This document shows, one piece after another, positions 37,677-48,439 of a stretch of DNA of 64,000 nt. Every line of letters begins with the position of its first letter. The first letter of the stretch is position 1. The notes beneath the pieces are model-generated. The model did no database searches. It had not been told where the DNA came from and was given only the letters and a program-made list of their open reading frames with translations. The stretch is taken from positions 137,265 to 201,264 of the IMG/VR virus record IMGVR_UViG_3300028374_000002. One strand, given 5' to 3'. The position numbers and the translations under genes were made by a program. This DNA is from a virus (Duplodnaviria > Caudoviricetes).

Positions 37677-39941
37677 ATGAAATACCTAAAAAGAAAAAAT
37701 ATATACTTAAGTGAAGCATTTGACATGTCAGGTGGATCATCAGGACCATTGGGCAATGACATAAATTGGGGAGATTCATTAGTGGGTAGAATGTTCAATT
37801 CTATAGCTAGGAGATTTACAGTTAATTATAATGTTAATAGGATTGAGGCAATAGCTAAAGGCATAGATAGTGAATTTGAAATATTGTTAGCATCTGGTGC
37901 TATAGAGGGAAGTGAGCAAGAAGATGAATTTAACTTTTTTAAAATATCATTTTTATTGGGTAAGTTAAAAGAAATAATTGACAACGAAGAGTCTATAAGT
38001 AAAATAAAAGAAAATGTAGAGAACCTTTTAGATTATATATCTGAAATGGATGAATTTAAGAACGATAGAGCTAGTATTAAAAAAGAATTAGAAGAAAGCC
38101 TTCTTAATTTTGAAGAATATTTAAAAGATATTAAAAGTGATTCTACTAATGATGATGGGGATAAAGATGAAACTGAAACTGAAACTGAAAGCGATGATTC
38201 AGAGGAAGAAACAGATTTAGATCATCAAGAGGTGGTTAAATTAATAGACATAATAACCGATATACTAGAGAAGGCAGAAGAACTTGAAGAAGAATATAAA
38301 AATGTTCCTAGTGTACCTAGCGTATCTAATAAAGTTAGTGATGAAGATGCAGCTATAGAAGGTATGTCAAGAGAACACAAACAGTACATCAAGCTAAGTA
38401 AGCAGATACAAGAACTAGTATCAGAAGAAAATGGCATTAAGCTAGATAAAAATTTTCTAACAAATCTAAAAAAACTATATAGTGATGGCAAATCTAAAAA
38501 ATACTGGATTGGCTTAGGAAGAAAGCTTCAATTAGCATACAAAAAATTTAGCAATAAATTTAATGAAAGTGCTGATATAGATTCTAGTGAAAGTGAAAGG
38601 GTGTCTATAGCTAGTAAGATATCAAATTTTGCTAAAAAATTAATGGGCATACCAGAAACAGAACTAGATGGCGACTTTGGTAGTTCTATTAAGAAGTTTA
38701 ATAAGTTATTTAAGAGAATAGTTGATACAGGCATAGATTCTAAAAACGAGAGCAAAATAATTAAATATAATGCCTTTATGAAGGTATATGAAAAATCTAC
38801 GAATGGGAAAGAAATTCAAAAATTCTTTTATAAAAACGTAGTATTAGATAATTGGATTGTTGACAAGAGTAAGGCTGATGATATTAAAGATATTGTTGAG
38901 AATTCTACAAAAGATATTAAAAAAATTGAAATAGATCCAATATTAAGCATAGTAAAGCTGTTTAACAAGGCTTTTAAGGTTTATACAACACAAACTATAC
39001 CTTCTGGTAGAAGTGGTGGTAGAGTCTCTAATAATGTGTTTAGAAGGTATACTAATTTAGGATCTAATGTAGGAACTCCAGATAATCCTGGTGGTGGACC
39101 ATTTATAATAAACAAAGTATTCAATAAATTTGAGGATAAGATACAGGATATTATTAGGGATAATAAATATAAAGCTTTATTTGACAAAGATACTGAAATA
39201 GAATTGGGTGATGGTAGAAAGGTTAAAGGTGGTGGTAAAATACTTCTTAGTTTTATACAAAAACTTCTAGATGGGGAAAATCTTTATAAAGGAAATGCTC
39301 AAAGTGTATTTTTTAAAGAATACTTTGGAATGGATGTGATACCTAAGAAAATAGGATCTGACAACATAACAGTTGGTAAAGATAATGAAGATTCACAAGA
39401 TAGTGATGAAGCTATTGTTAAAGATAATACACAAATTGATAAAGAAGTAATAGACACTTATTTTGAAGAGGTTAGTAAAATAACTGATACAGAAGGAACA
39501 ATATATGGTATGTTGATAGGAAAGCAATTAATGTTTTACCTTATTGTTATTAAAGTAGAGGATGAAGATGTGTATGTTAAGTATTCAGAAACATTTTTAA
39601 ACTTTTCTAAATATTTAGACCAAGACTATAATATTAAACCTGGTAAGATAAAAAATGTTGAATTAAGACCTAAACCAATGTTTTTTGGTAAGATGGATAG
39701 AGATTTATTTGATATAACTCCTGGTTCTGATATTAAAGTAGCAGCAGTTAATATTGATATGTTTAACACAAACAATGAAAGAACTATAGCTAAAAACTTT
39801 AAAGACTTAAAAGATGTTAGGAATATATTTCAATTAGTTGATAGCAATAAAGAACCTATCAAGTTTACTGACTTAGAGAAAACCGCATTTGGACCAATGG
39901 ATTCTAAAAACTATAAAGATTTAAAAGAAAAATTTAAATGA
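37677..39941 (+). CDS. Large hypothetical, probably virion internal protein
   Basis: 754 aa; leader MKYLKRKNIYLSEA; TTAATATATA at 37652-37661. Confidence 0.65.
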   Translation: MKYLKRKNIYLSEAFDMSGGSSGPLGNDINWGDSLVGRMFNSIARRFTVNYNVNRIEAIAKGIDSEFEILLASGAIEGSEQEDEFNFFKISFLLGKLKEIIDNEESISKIKENVENLLDYISEMDEFKNDRASIKKELEESLLNFEEYLKDIKSDSTNDDGDKDETETETESDDSEEETDLDHQEVVKLIDIITDILEKAEELEEEYKNVPSVPSVSNKVSDEDAAIEGMSREHKQYIKLSKQIQELVSEENGIKLDKNFLTNLKKLYSDGKSKKYWIGLGRKLQLAYKKFSNKFNESADIDSSESERVSIASKISNFAKKLMGIPETELDGDFGSSIKKFNKLFKRIVDTGIDSKNESKIIKYNAFMKVYEKSTNGKEIQKFFYKNVVLDNWIVDKSKADDIKDIVENSTKDIKKIEIDPILSIVKLFNKAFKVYTTQTIPSGRSGGRVSNNVFRRYTNLGSNVGTPDNPGGGPFIINKVFNKFEDKIQDIIRDNKYKALFDKDTEIELGDGRKVKGGGKILLSFIQKLLDGENLYKGNAQSVFFKEYFGMDVIPKKIGSDNITVGKDNEDSQDSDEAIVKDNTQIDKEVIDTYFEEVSKITDTEGTIYGMLIGKQLMFYLIVIKVEDEDVYVKYSETFLNFSKYLDQDYNIKPGKIKNVELRPKPMFFGKMDRDLFDITPGSDIKVAAVNIDMFNTNNERTIAKNFKDLKDVRNIFQLVDSNKEPIKFTDLEKTAFGPMDSKNYKDLKEKFK

Positions 39942-40462
39942 AACATTTAAAAAAGTACAAACTATTCTTAGAAGATTTTGAAGTTGAGGATAGTGATAGT
40001 GAAGATGTTAAACTATCTAAAGAAAAATTAGACAGAGTAAAGACACAAATATCATATTATAACTCTAATAAATCAAAAATAGATAAAATTTATCAAGATT
40101 TAGAAAATGGTAGTATTAAAGATGATTTAGATAAGGTAATTGGGACTGATGAAGATACAAACCCATTTCTAGTTAGTTACTCTAGTATAGCTAGTATAAC
40201 TAGAAGTATTGAGAAGTTAAAAAAGAGAGAAACTGATAAATCGATAGAAAAAAATGAGCTAAAGGATAGACTATCAGATGCTAGTGATGATATCTCAAAA
40301 GATATAAGTGATAGAATAAGCAAAGTCAATGATCAAATAATTAAAATTAAAAAAGATATTAATGATGCTAGTAAAAAATTATCTGTATTAGAGAAAAGTC
40401 ACAAAGAGAAAATGGATAATATAGAACAAGATATTAAAGATTGGATATCTAAAATTAAATAG
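39938..40462 (+). CDS. Coiled-coil protein with MKHLKKYKLFLEDF leader
   Basis: Heptad-rich C-terminal half; ATGA coupling to the upstream gene. Confidence 0.65.
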   Translation: MKHLKKYKLFLEDFEVEDSDSEDVKLSKEKLDRVKTQISYYNSNKSKIDKIYQDLENGSIKDDLDKVIGTDEDTNPFLVSYSSIASITRSIEKLKKRETDKSIEKNELKDRLSDASDDISKDISDRISKVNDQIIKIKKDINDASKKLSVLEKSHKEKMDNIEQDIKDWISKIK

Positions 40463-40537
40463 CTATTATCCAAAATAGAAAAAATGTCATTTTTTAGTTT
40501 TTATATATATACTAAATAAAAAAATTAAATAGAAAAT

Positions 40538-43500
40538 ATGGCAAATATTCAAATTGGCAAGTACAAAAGACCAGGTATATTCATAGAAGAATTTGATCAG
40601 TCAGTAAATTCATCACCAACAGTAGATGGGATAACTAACCTCGTTATAGGTACTTCTAAAAAAGGACCAGTTAACACACCAGTAAGATTGACAAATATAA
40701 ATGATTTAGAATCAGTTTTTGGACAAATAGACAGAGGTATGGAAAGAAAAGGATCATTCTTTCATAGAACGATTTCTAAGATGTTAGAAACTTCACCAGT
40801 TTTTGCATTGAATTTACTCTCAACTAATGACGAATTAGACACAATTAAATTTAAAACATTGTCAGCTTCTGCTGGTACAAATAATGATGTTTTGAAAGAA
40901 GGACCTTATAGAAGAGTTTTCGACACAACAGGCTTTTGGAGAAGGGATACTGAATCTTTCTTAAACTTAACAGATGATAATCAAAGAGCATTTAGCTTAA
41001 CAAACCTATCTGATAAGACAGTAACTGCATTCGTTTTTAAATCAAGACTAAGTGGATTTGATAGAACTTTGTTAGAATGGTACGGGTCAGAAGATAGAAT
41101 ACCACCATATGTATCTAGTAAAGACTACGCAGCAGACTACCTAGTAGATGTTGTTTTAGTAAGTGGGGATTGGTCAGATTACCAATCACTAGCGGTTGAT
41201 AACAGATGGAGTAGCTATTTCAATAATAATGGTCTTATAAAAGAAAGAGTAAGAGATTTTGCTAATGATAGAAATATTAATCTTCTAGAATACTATGAAG
41301 GTCTTTCACTTATTCCTTTTTTCAGAGATACAAATGGAAATAACATATTTATAGAAACTATTATAAACAGAGATACTGATAGAACTGGCTTATTCTGTGC
41401 ATTTAATAATGATGCAGTAGAGGTTGATTCTTATAATGGTTTAATTGACTTGTTAGGAAATACTACAACTGATGAAGATGTAGAATCAATTGACTTTTTG
41501 TCTTATAATGAAACTTTAAAAGAGGAAATTGAATTTATTCAAACTCCTTTAGACTTGCCTGGTAATGTAACTGCTATAATGGGTGGTGTAACAAATTACA
41601 CAGGTCAAGCATCACATGCGTTTACAGATACTGATGTTTCACCTGCTCCATTAGTAGAGGGCAATATTGAAAACGGTAATAATAGAACAGCATATTTTGC
41701 AGAGGGATCAACTTTTGGATTAACAAGAACTGATTTCGTTATAACTGCTAGCAATATAGAATTAACATATGAAGCTATTGAAGGTGCATTTGTAGTTATT
41801 GGGGATAGAAAAATAGATATCACTGATGGTTCTTATACATTAATCTTAGATGCTTCACAATACCCAGAGGCTACTAGTGGTCCAGTATCATATAGTTCGG
41901 TAGCAACTGTTAATACAAAGGGTGAAATAGCATTAAAGAATAGTGATGATGAAAATAATATGCCTGTAGCAATTACTGAATTAGCATTAGGTAAAATTGA
42001 AATAGTTATAGATGGTATTGAATTTGATATTTCATCAAATATACAAGACATAACAGTCGATGTAGCTGGCTTTGTAGACTTGGTGATTGGTGTTGATTAT
42101 AGCGTAAGTTATACAGAGAATGGTAAATTTGAAATTGAATTTTTAGATACTGCAACAACTGTATCTCTTTCTAATTACCAACAATCTAGAAGATTTAAGA
42201 TGTTTAACAGATTGGTTAGTGTAATTGATAATGTTAACAAAGATAAAGTCCTTATGAGCTTAGGCTCTACTGGTTTTAATGTTAGCTTAGGAAATGTAAC
42301 AATAGAAGATATAATTACTTCTACTAGCCAGAATAAGAAGTTTACATTGAATACACCATTAACAGAAGTTGAATTAGTGGATGTTCTTGCTGGATACTTA
42401 GTATTCTATACAGTAGATAATGAATTTATATTAGGATCAGAAGGTGCTAAAACTAAAGGAGAGGTAGCATCAAACGAAGAAGGTGTAATTGGTAAATATT
42501 CTGATTTCTACGATGCATTTAATGACGGAGTTATAAACACAAGAGATTCATTTGACCAAGTTGGTGTTGAGAATGGTGTATTTATGAAAATGTACTTAGA
42601 GGCTAATGGCGATATGATTTTTGAATCAACTGGTAAAGATATGTTAGCGACTGAGGCAATTGACGGTGATAACTTAACTAAATCTATTACAGTTAAATCA
42701 AAACTTGGTAATTTAAAACAAACTCTAGAATTAGAGGATGATGTTAATTACATTGAGACACCTAATAAGGTATTAATAGATGGGTCTAGATATACTGAGG
42801 TTAGAATAGGCGATTTCTTGAAATCTACAAAAACTCCTAGAGAATTAACTAGGATTATTTCTAAAAGAAGATATAATACTACTACTAATTTAGTTGAACT
42901 TACTTGTGATTCTGAAATATTAAAAGAAGATTTTAATGGTGATAGACAAACAACAAGATTTGTATCAGTAGATAATTATGCTAATACATATAAAGGTTTA
43001 GTTTTTGAAGGATTTAAAGTAAAGGAGTCTTCATTACCAGATGGTACAGAAGAAACTCAAAATAGAATACTAAACTTAGTAGCTAAAGGAACTCCCTTAT
43101 TTAAAGCAGTAACTAATAAAGAAGCTATTGACTTTAGATATTTAATTGACTCTTTTGGACTTGGATTAGTAGAAAATTCTAAATCTCAATTGGTAGATAT
43201 TTGTGGAGATAGATTAGATGCATTTGGATTTATAAACATGCCTTCTTTAAGACAGTTTAAAAAATCGCCAAACTTTACAGATTTGGAAGGTGTATTAAGT
43301 GTTGAGTTCTTAGCAGATGGTGGTAATAAAGAAAGTCTAAATCCAGTTGGATATTCATTCCCACAAGGAGTAGGTGATACATCGGTTGGGTATTTCACAC
43401 CTTATGTTACTGTAAATGATAATGGTCGTCCATTAGAGATGCCACCAGCATCTTATGTGGCTACAACTTATATGAGAAAGCATATTTCTAATATAACATC

Positions 43501-44029
43501 TATTACACCTTGGACAATAGCAGCTGGTGTTACAAATGGTAGAATAACAAATATCACAGGTCTAGAAATGGACTTTACTAAAGAAGATATTGAGTTCTTA
43601 AATCAAGCACAAATTAACCCTATTGTTTTCAAAAGAAATAGAGGATATATAATTGAGACAGAGAACACTGCACAAACATTGTTTAATTCTGCACTATCTT
43701 TTATACATGTTAGAGAGGTTCTTATAGAACTTGAAAGAGAATTATCTAATATGTTATTGGATTACCAATGGAAGTATAATACTCCTGATGTTAGAGCAGA
43801 AATTAAACTAAGAGCAGATGTTATATGTGAGACTTATGTGAGTAAGAATGGTTTATTCAACTTCTTTAATAAGATGGATGATGAAAATAACACACCAGAG
43901 ATAATAGATAACCAAATTGGGGTGCTTGACACGTTTGTTGAACCGATACGCGCAATGGGAATCATTGTTAATAACATTACTATCCTTAGAACTGGTGCTA
44001 TATCAGCAGGTGGATTTATAAATAGATAG
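40538..44029 (+). CDS. gp18: Tail sheath protein (gp18-like, enlarged)
   Basis: YKRPGIFIEEFDQS, GTSKKGPVNTP N-terminus; PPASYVA, AAGVTNG, AQINPI, LSFIHVREVLI, VEPIRAMGII C-terminus. Confidence 0.92.
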   Translation: MANIQIGKYKRPGIFIEEFDQSVNSSPTVDGITNLVIGTSKKGPVNTPVRLTNINDLESVFGQIDRGMERKGSFFHRTISKMLETSPVFALNLLSTNDELDTIKFKTLSASAGTNNDVLKEGPYRRVFDTTGFWRRDTESFLNLTDDNQRAFSLTNLSDKTVTAFVFKSRLSGFDRTLLEWYGSEDRIPPYVSSKDYAADYLVDVVLVSGDWSDYQSLAVDNRWSSYFNNNGLIKERVRDFANDRNINLLEYYEGLSLIPFFRDTNGNNIFIETIINRDTDRTGLFCAFNNDAVEVDSYNGLIDLLGNTTTDEDVESIDFLSYNETLKEEIEFIQTPLDLPGNVTAIMGGVTNYTGQASHAFTDTDVSPAPLVEGNIENGNNRTAYFAEGSTFGLTRTDFVITASNIELTYEAIEGAFVVIGDRKIDITDGSYTLILDASQYPEATSGPVSYSSVATVNTKGEIALKNSDDENNMPVAITELALGKIEIVIDGIEFDISSNIQDITVDVAGFVDLVIGVDYSVSYTENGKFEIEFLDTATTVSLSNYQQSRRFKMFNRLVSVIDNVNKDKVLMSLGSTGFNVSLGNVTIEDIITSTSQNKKFTLNTPLTEVELVDVLAGYLVFYTVDNEFILGSEGAKTKGEVASNEEGVIGKYSDFYDAFNDGVINTRDSFDQVGVENGVFMKMYLEANGDMIFESTGKDMLATEAIDGDNLTKSITVKSKLGNLKQTLELEDDVNYIETPNKVLIDGSRYTEVRIGDFLKSTKTPRELTRIISKRRYNTTTNLVELTCDSEILKEDFNGDRQTTRFVSVDNYANTYKGLVFEGFKVKESSLPDGTEETQNRILNLVAKGTPLFKAVTNKEAIDFRYLIDSFGLGLVENSKSQLVDICGDRLDAFGFINMPSLRQFKKSPNFTDLEGVLSVEFLADGGNKESLNPVGYSFPQGVGDTSVGYFTPYVTVNDNGRPLEMPPASYVATTYMRKHISNITSITPWTIAAGVTNGRITNITGLEMDFTKEDIEFLNQAQINPIVFKRNRGYIIETENTAQTLFNSALSFIHVREVLIELERELSNMLLDYQWKYNTPDVRAEIKLRADVICETYVSKNGLFNFFNKMDDENNTPEIIDNQIGVLDTFVEPIRAMGIIVNNITILRTGAISAGGFINR

Positions 44030-44052
44030 TAAATAGATAATAAATAATTACA

Positions 44053-44084
44053 AACCTCCATTTTAATCTAATGGGGGTTTTTTT
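44053..44084 (+). terminator. Terminator after sheath gene
   Basis: aaacctccatt...aatgggggttttttt. Confidence 0.65.
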
Positions 44085-44135
44085 AATTAAACAAACTATT
44101 TAAAAAGCATATAACATATAAATGAAAACTATCTT

Positions 44136-45836
44136 ATGATAAGCAAAGATTTCTTATATAATTATAAATTTGATAATAAGTCTGGTAAAATGTCTATGGA
44201 AAAGTATGTTTCAAAGAACTTTTTTGATGATTATACATACATAGTCAAATATTGTGAAGATAATAATATAAATCATCTATGTTTTAAAGAAAAGGTATAT
44301 CATGTTATAAATGATATAAAGACAGATGTCATTTGTGTCAATGAGTTGTGTGATAATCTAGTAAAATTTAAAAACTCATCTATGGGGTACTATGATTACT
44401 GTTCTAACAAATGTATAGGTAGTGATGATAAAATAAAAAAGAAAAAAGAAAACACCAATTTAAAAAAATTTGGACATAAACACGCAGCACATAGTGAGCA
44501 TGTTAAGGCAATAACTTCAAAAAAATATGAAAACCGAACAAATTCTTATAAAAAAAGTATCTTAAATAAGAGGATAAAAACACTAAATGATAGGTATGGT
44601 GTTAATAATGTAGCAAGTATAGATGGTCTTTTAGAAAGAAGAGTCGAGTCTTTTAAGAAAAATATAGATGCATACAAAGCATCATATAAAAAAACATCCC
44701 TTGATAGATATGGTGTAGACCATCCTTGGAAAAATGAAAAAATACACAAAAAAAGCATTCTCAATTCAAAAATCACTAAAAATGAAAACTTGTATAAAAA
44801 AGTACTAGATAAAATACACACATATGATAACATACACTTTATTAGTATAGATTATCACACTAGAGTAATAAGCCTACATTGCGATGTGTGTAATGAAGGG
44901 TTTAATATACATAGAGAATATTTGCATAACAGACAAAGTGTGGATAATGTAATATGTACAAAATGCAATCCAGTCAGTAGTAATATATCTGGTCTAGAGA
45001 AGGATTTAAAAATATATATAGAGAGCATATATGACGATTTAATAATTGAAAATGATAGAAAAGTTTTAGGTGGCAAGGAACTAGATATATATTTACCAAA
45101 TTCTAACATAGCATTTGAGTTTAATGGACTATATTGGCACAGTGAGATTAATAAAGCTAAGAAATACCATTATGATAAGACAAATATGTGCTTGAGTAAA
45201 GGTGTGTACCTTATGCATATATGGGAAGATGACTGGATATTGAGGAAAGATATAATAAAATCTATCATATCATATAAGCTCAAGAAAACAATAGGTTCTA
45301 TATATGCTAGGAAGTGTCTAATTAAAACAGTCAACACAGAAGATAGTAGAATATTTATGGATAATAATCATATACAGGGATATTCTAATTCTAATATAAA
45401 ATTAGGTCTATATCACAAAGATACCTTAGTATCACTTATGTGTTTCTCTAGACCAAGGGGTGGATCTGATAATGAATATGAATTAATTAGGTTTTGTAAT
45501 CTATTAAAAACAAATGTTGTTGGTGGTGCTAGTAAACTATTCAATTATTTATTAAAACAGTATAGTGTTAGCAGTGTTATCTCATTTTCAGACACCTCTA
45601 TGTTCGATGGCTCATTATATGAAAAATTGGGATTTGAACATACTAAAAATGTACCAATCGATTACAAATGGATTATTGGAAATAGAAGGTGTCATAAATC
45701 TAAGTATAGAAAATCACAGCTTATAAAAATGGGTTATGATATAGATAAATCTGAAAAGGAAATAATGTATGAAGATGTTATAAGTTATAGAATATGGGAC
45801 TGTGGGAAGGTCAAGTGGATTTATAAAACGCTATAG
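44136..45836 (+). CDS. Putative homing endonuclease, KYGV family
   Basis: YCSNKC, RYGV repeats, CTKCNP, ELDIYLPNSNIAFEFNGLYWHS, GNAT-like tail. Confidence 0.75.
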   Translation: MISKDFLYNYKFDNKSGKMSMEKYVSKNFFDDYTYIVKYCEDNNINHLCFKEKVYHVINDIKTDVICVNELCDNLVKFKNSSMGYYDYCSNKCIGSDDKIKKKKENTNLKKFGHKHAAHSEHVKAITSKKYENRTNSYKKSILNKRIKTLNDRYGVNNVASIDGLLERRVESFKKNIDAYKASYKKTSLDRYGVDHPWKNEKIHKKSILNSKITKNENLYKKVLDKIHTYDNIHFISIDYHTRVISLHCDVCNEGFNIHREYLHNRQSVDNVICTKCNPVSSNISGLEKDLKIYIESIYDDLIIENDRKVLGGKELDIYLPNSNIAFEFNGLYWHSEINKAKKYHYDKTNMCLSKGVYLMHIWEDDWILRKDIIKSIISYKLKKTIGSIYARKCLIKTVNTEDSRIFMDNNHIQGYSNSNIKLGLYHKDTLVSLMCFSRPRGGSDNEYELIRFCNLLKTNVVGGASKLFNYLLKQYSVSSVISFSDTSMFDGSLYEKLGFEHTKNVPIDYKWIIGNRRCHKSKYRKSQLIKMGYDIDKSEKEIMYEDVISYRIWDCGKVKWIYKTL

Positions 45837-45867
45837 ATATATTCCTAACCAAACTCAACTTACCTAT

Positions 45868-45877
45868 TTAATATATA
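45868..45877 (+). promoter_or_regulatory. Putative phage late promoter TTAATATATA ahead of the repeat-protein array
   Basis: Exact motif recurring just upstream of at least 18 start codons in the window. Confidence 0.6.
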
Positions 45878-45881
45878 GGTT

Positions 45882-46550
45882 ATGAAACATATAAAACCTT
45901 ATAAAATATTCGAGAGTACAAGTCTTAACTTCCCAACTACAAGAGAGGAAGTTATAGAAGTGTGTAAAAAATATAGAATAAAAAACTACACTATCAATGA
46001 CGATTTAAGTATTGATGTTGATGGTGATGTTGAATTAGATAGCAGAAATTTAGAATACTTACCACTTAAATTTAATTATGTAAATGGTCATTTTGATTGT
46101 GCTTATAATAGATTAGAAACATTAGAAGGTTGTCCACAAACAGTAGGTGGTTATTTTTTTTGTTTTGAAAATGAACTAAAGACATTAGAAGGTAGTCCAC
46201 AAACAGTAGGTGGTGATTTTGGTTGTTCACTTAATGAATTAATAACATTAGAAGGTAGCCCACAAACAGTAAATGGGAATTTTCTTTGTTTTGGAAATGA
46301 ATTAAAAGACTTAGAATACTTCCCAGAAGTAATTGGTAATGTATACATAAAGGAAAATCCAGTAGATTTATTAGTACATACTTTTATCGAAACTGCTGAT
46401 AGTTTTATGATAGAAGACTTCATAGATTATGAGATAGTTAGAAACAGAGATACTGTTATGTTAGATAGATTACAAACATTCATAAGGGATAATGATTTAA
46501 AGATGCCTAATTTAAAAGAAATTAAAAAACACTATAAAATAATAGAATAG
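45882..46550 (+). CDS. LRR-like 21-aa repeat protein, array copy 1
   Basis: MKHIKPYKIFES leader; LEG(C/S)PQTVGGxFxCxxN repeats; conserved C-cap ending KHYKIIE. Confidence 0.85.
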   Translation: MKHIKPYKIFESTSLNFPTTREEVIEVCKKYRIKNYTINDDLSIDVDGDVELDSRNLEYLPLKFNYVNGHFDCAYNRLETLEGCPQTVGGYFFCFENELKTLEGSPQTVGGDFGCSLNELITLEGSPQTVNGNFLCFGNELKDLEYFPEVIGNVYIKENPVDLLVHTFIETADSFMIEDFIDYEIVRNRDTVMLDRLQTFIRDNDLKMPNLKEIKKHYKIIE

Positions 46551-46552
46551 AA

Positions 46553-47095
46553 ATGAAACATATAAAACCCTACAAGATATTTGAGAGTACAAGTCCTAAC
46601 TTCCCAACTACAAGAGAGGGAGTTATACAAGTTTGTGAAAAGTATAGAATAGAAAACTATACTATTAACAATGACTTAACAATTGATGTTGATGGTGGTG
46701 TTTATTTAGGGGAGAAAGACTTAAAACACTTACCACTTAAATTTAATTATGTGAGTGGGATTTTCGTTTGCCGTATTAATAAACTAAAATCCTTGGAAGG
46801 TTGTCCTAAAACAGTAGGTGGTAATTTTTATTGTTCTAACAATGAATTAAGAGATTTAGAACATTTCCCAGAAGTAGATGGTATTATATCTATGAGAGAA
46901 AATCCAGTATATCTCTTAGTATACACCTTTATTCAGAATGCTGATAGTTTCCTAATAGAAGATTTTAACGACTATGAAATAGTTAGAAACAGAGATACTG
47001 TTATGTTAGATAGATTACAAACTTTTATAAGAGATAATAATCTAAGGATGCCTGAGTTAGAACTCATTAAAAACCACTATAAAATAATAGAATAG
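46553..47095 (+). CDS. LRR-like repeat protein, array copy 2 (shortest, 180 aa)
   Basis: Same caps, fewer repeats. Confidence 0.85.
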   Translation: MKHIKPYKIFESTSPNFPTTREGVIQVCEKYRIENYTINNDLTIDVDGGVYLGEKDLKHLPLKFNYVSGIFVCRINKLKSLEGCPKTVGGNFYCSNNELRDLEHFPEVDGIISMRENPVYLLVYTFIQNADSFLIEDFNDYEIVRNRDTVMLDRLQTFIRDNNLRMPELELIKNHYKIIE

Positions 47096-47097
47096 AA

Positions 47098-47766
47098 ATG
47101 AAACACATAAAACCTTACAAAATATTTGAAAGCAACAGTCCTAACTTCCCAACTACAAGAGAAGGTGTTATAGAAGCTTGTGAAAAGTGTTTAATAAATA
47201 TCTACACTATCAATGATGATTTAAGCATCGATGTTGGTGATGATGTTTTTTTAACTAATAGAAGCTTAGAGTATCTACCACTTAAATTTAACCATGTGAA
47301 AGGTTCTTTTATATGTAGCTTTAATGAATTAAAAACATTGGAGGGTAGTCCACAAACATTAGGTGGACAGTTTGATTGCTGTCATAATAAACTAAAGACA
47401 TTGGAGGGTAGTCCACAAACAGTAGATGGTAACTTTAATTGTTCTGCTAATATTCTAATGACATTAGAAGGTAGTCCAAAAACAATAAATGGTGATTTTG
47501 ATTGTTTTGATAATGATTTAACTGATTTAGAATATTTCCCAGAAGTAAATGGGGAAATATTTTTAGGGATTAATAAAATAAGTCATTTAGTACATAGCTT
47601 TATCAAAAATGCTGATAGCTTTATGATAGAAGATTTTAATGATTATGAGATAGTTAGAAACAGAGACACTGTTATGTTAGATAGATTACAAACATTCATA
47701 AGGGATAACGATTTAGAGATGCCTGACTTAGAACCCATTAAAAACCACTATAAAATAATAGAATAG
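47098..47766 (+). CDS. LRR-like repeat protein, array copy 3
   Basis: Same architecture, 222 aa. Confidence 0.85.
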   Translation: MKHIKPYKIFESNSPNFPTTREGVIEACEKCLINIYTINDDLSIDVGDDVFLTNRSLEYLPLKFNHVKGSFICSFNELKTLEGSPQTLGGQFDCCHNKLKTLEGSPQTVDGNFNCSANILMTLEGSPKTINGDFDCFDNDLTDLEYFPEVNGEIFLGINKISHLVHSFIKNADSFMIEDFNDYEIVRNRDTVMLDRLQTFIRDNDLEMPDLEPIKNHYKIIE

Positions 47767-47768
47767 AA

Positions 47769-48437
47769 ATGAAACATATAAAACCTTACAAAATATTTGA
47801 AAGCAACAGTCCTAACTTCCCAACTACAAGAGAGGAAGTTATAGAAGTTTGTAAAAAATATGATATAGAGAACTATACTATTAATGATGATTTAAGTATT
47901 GATGTTGATCATAACGTTATTTTAAATTTTAAAAGGTTAGAATATTTACCACTTAAATTTAATTATGTGAGTGGTGGTTTTAGTTGTCACCACAATAAAC
48001 TAAAAACATTAAAAGGTAGTCCACAAACAGTAGGTGGTTTTTTTGAATGCTCTTTTAATTATTTAGAATCACTAGAAGGTTGTCCACAAACAGTAGGTGG
48101 TTATTTTATGTGTTATGATAACGAATTAAGAACACTAGAAGGTAGTCCACAAAAAATAGATGGTGATTTTAATTGTGGTGATAATTATTTAACTGATTTA
48201 GAACATTTCCCAGAAGTAAGTGGTGGTATATACATAAATACAAACCCAGTAAATTTACTAGTATATACCTTTATCAAAAATGCTGATAGCTTTATGATAG
48301 AAGACTTTATAGACTATGAGATAATTAGGAACAGAGATACTGTTATGTTAGATAGGCTTCAAACATTCATAGAAGGATTTGATTTAGAAATACCTGACTT
48401 AGAAAAAATTAAAGAACACTATAAAATAATAGAATAA
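47769..48437 (+). CDS. LRR-like repeat protein, array copy 4
   Basis: Same architecture, 222 aa. Confidence 0.85.
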   Translation: MKHIKPYKIFESNSPNFPTTREEVIEVCKKYDIENYTINDDLSIDVDHNVILNFKRLEYLPLKFNYVSGGFSCHHNKLKTLKGSPQTVGGFFECSFNYLESLEGCPQTVGGYFMCYDNELRTLEGSPQKIDGDFNCGDNYLTDLEHFPEVSGGIYINTNPVNLLVYTFIKNADSFMIEDFIDYEIIRNRDTVMLDRLQTFIEGFDLEIPDLEKIKEHYKIIE

Positions 48438-48439
48438 AC

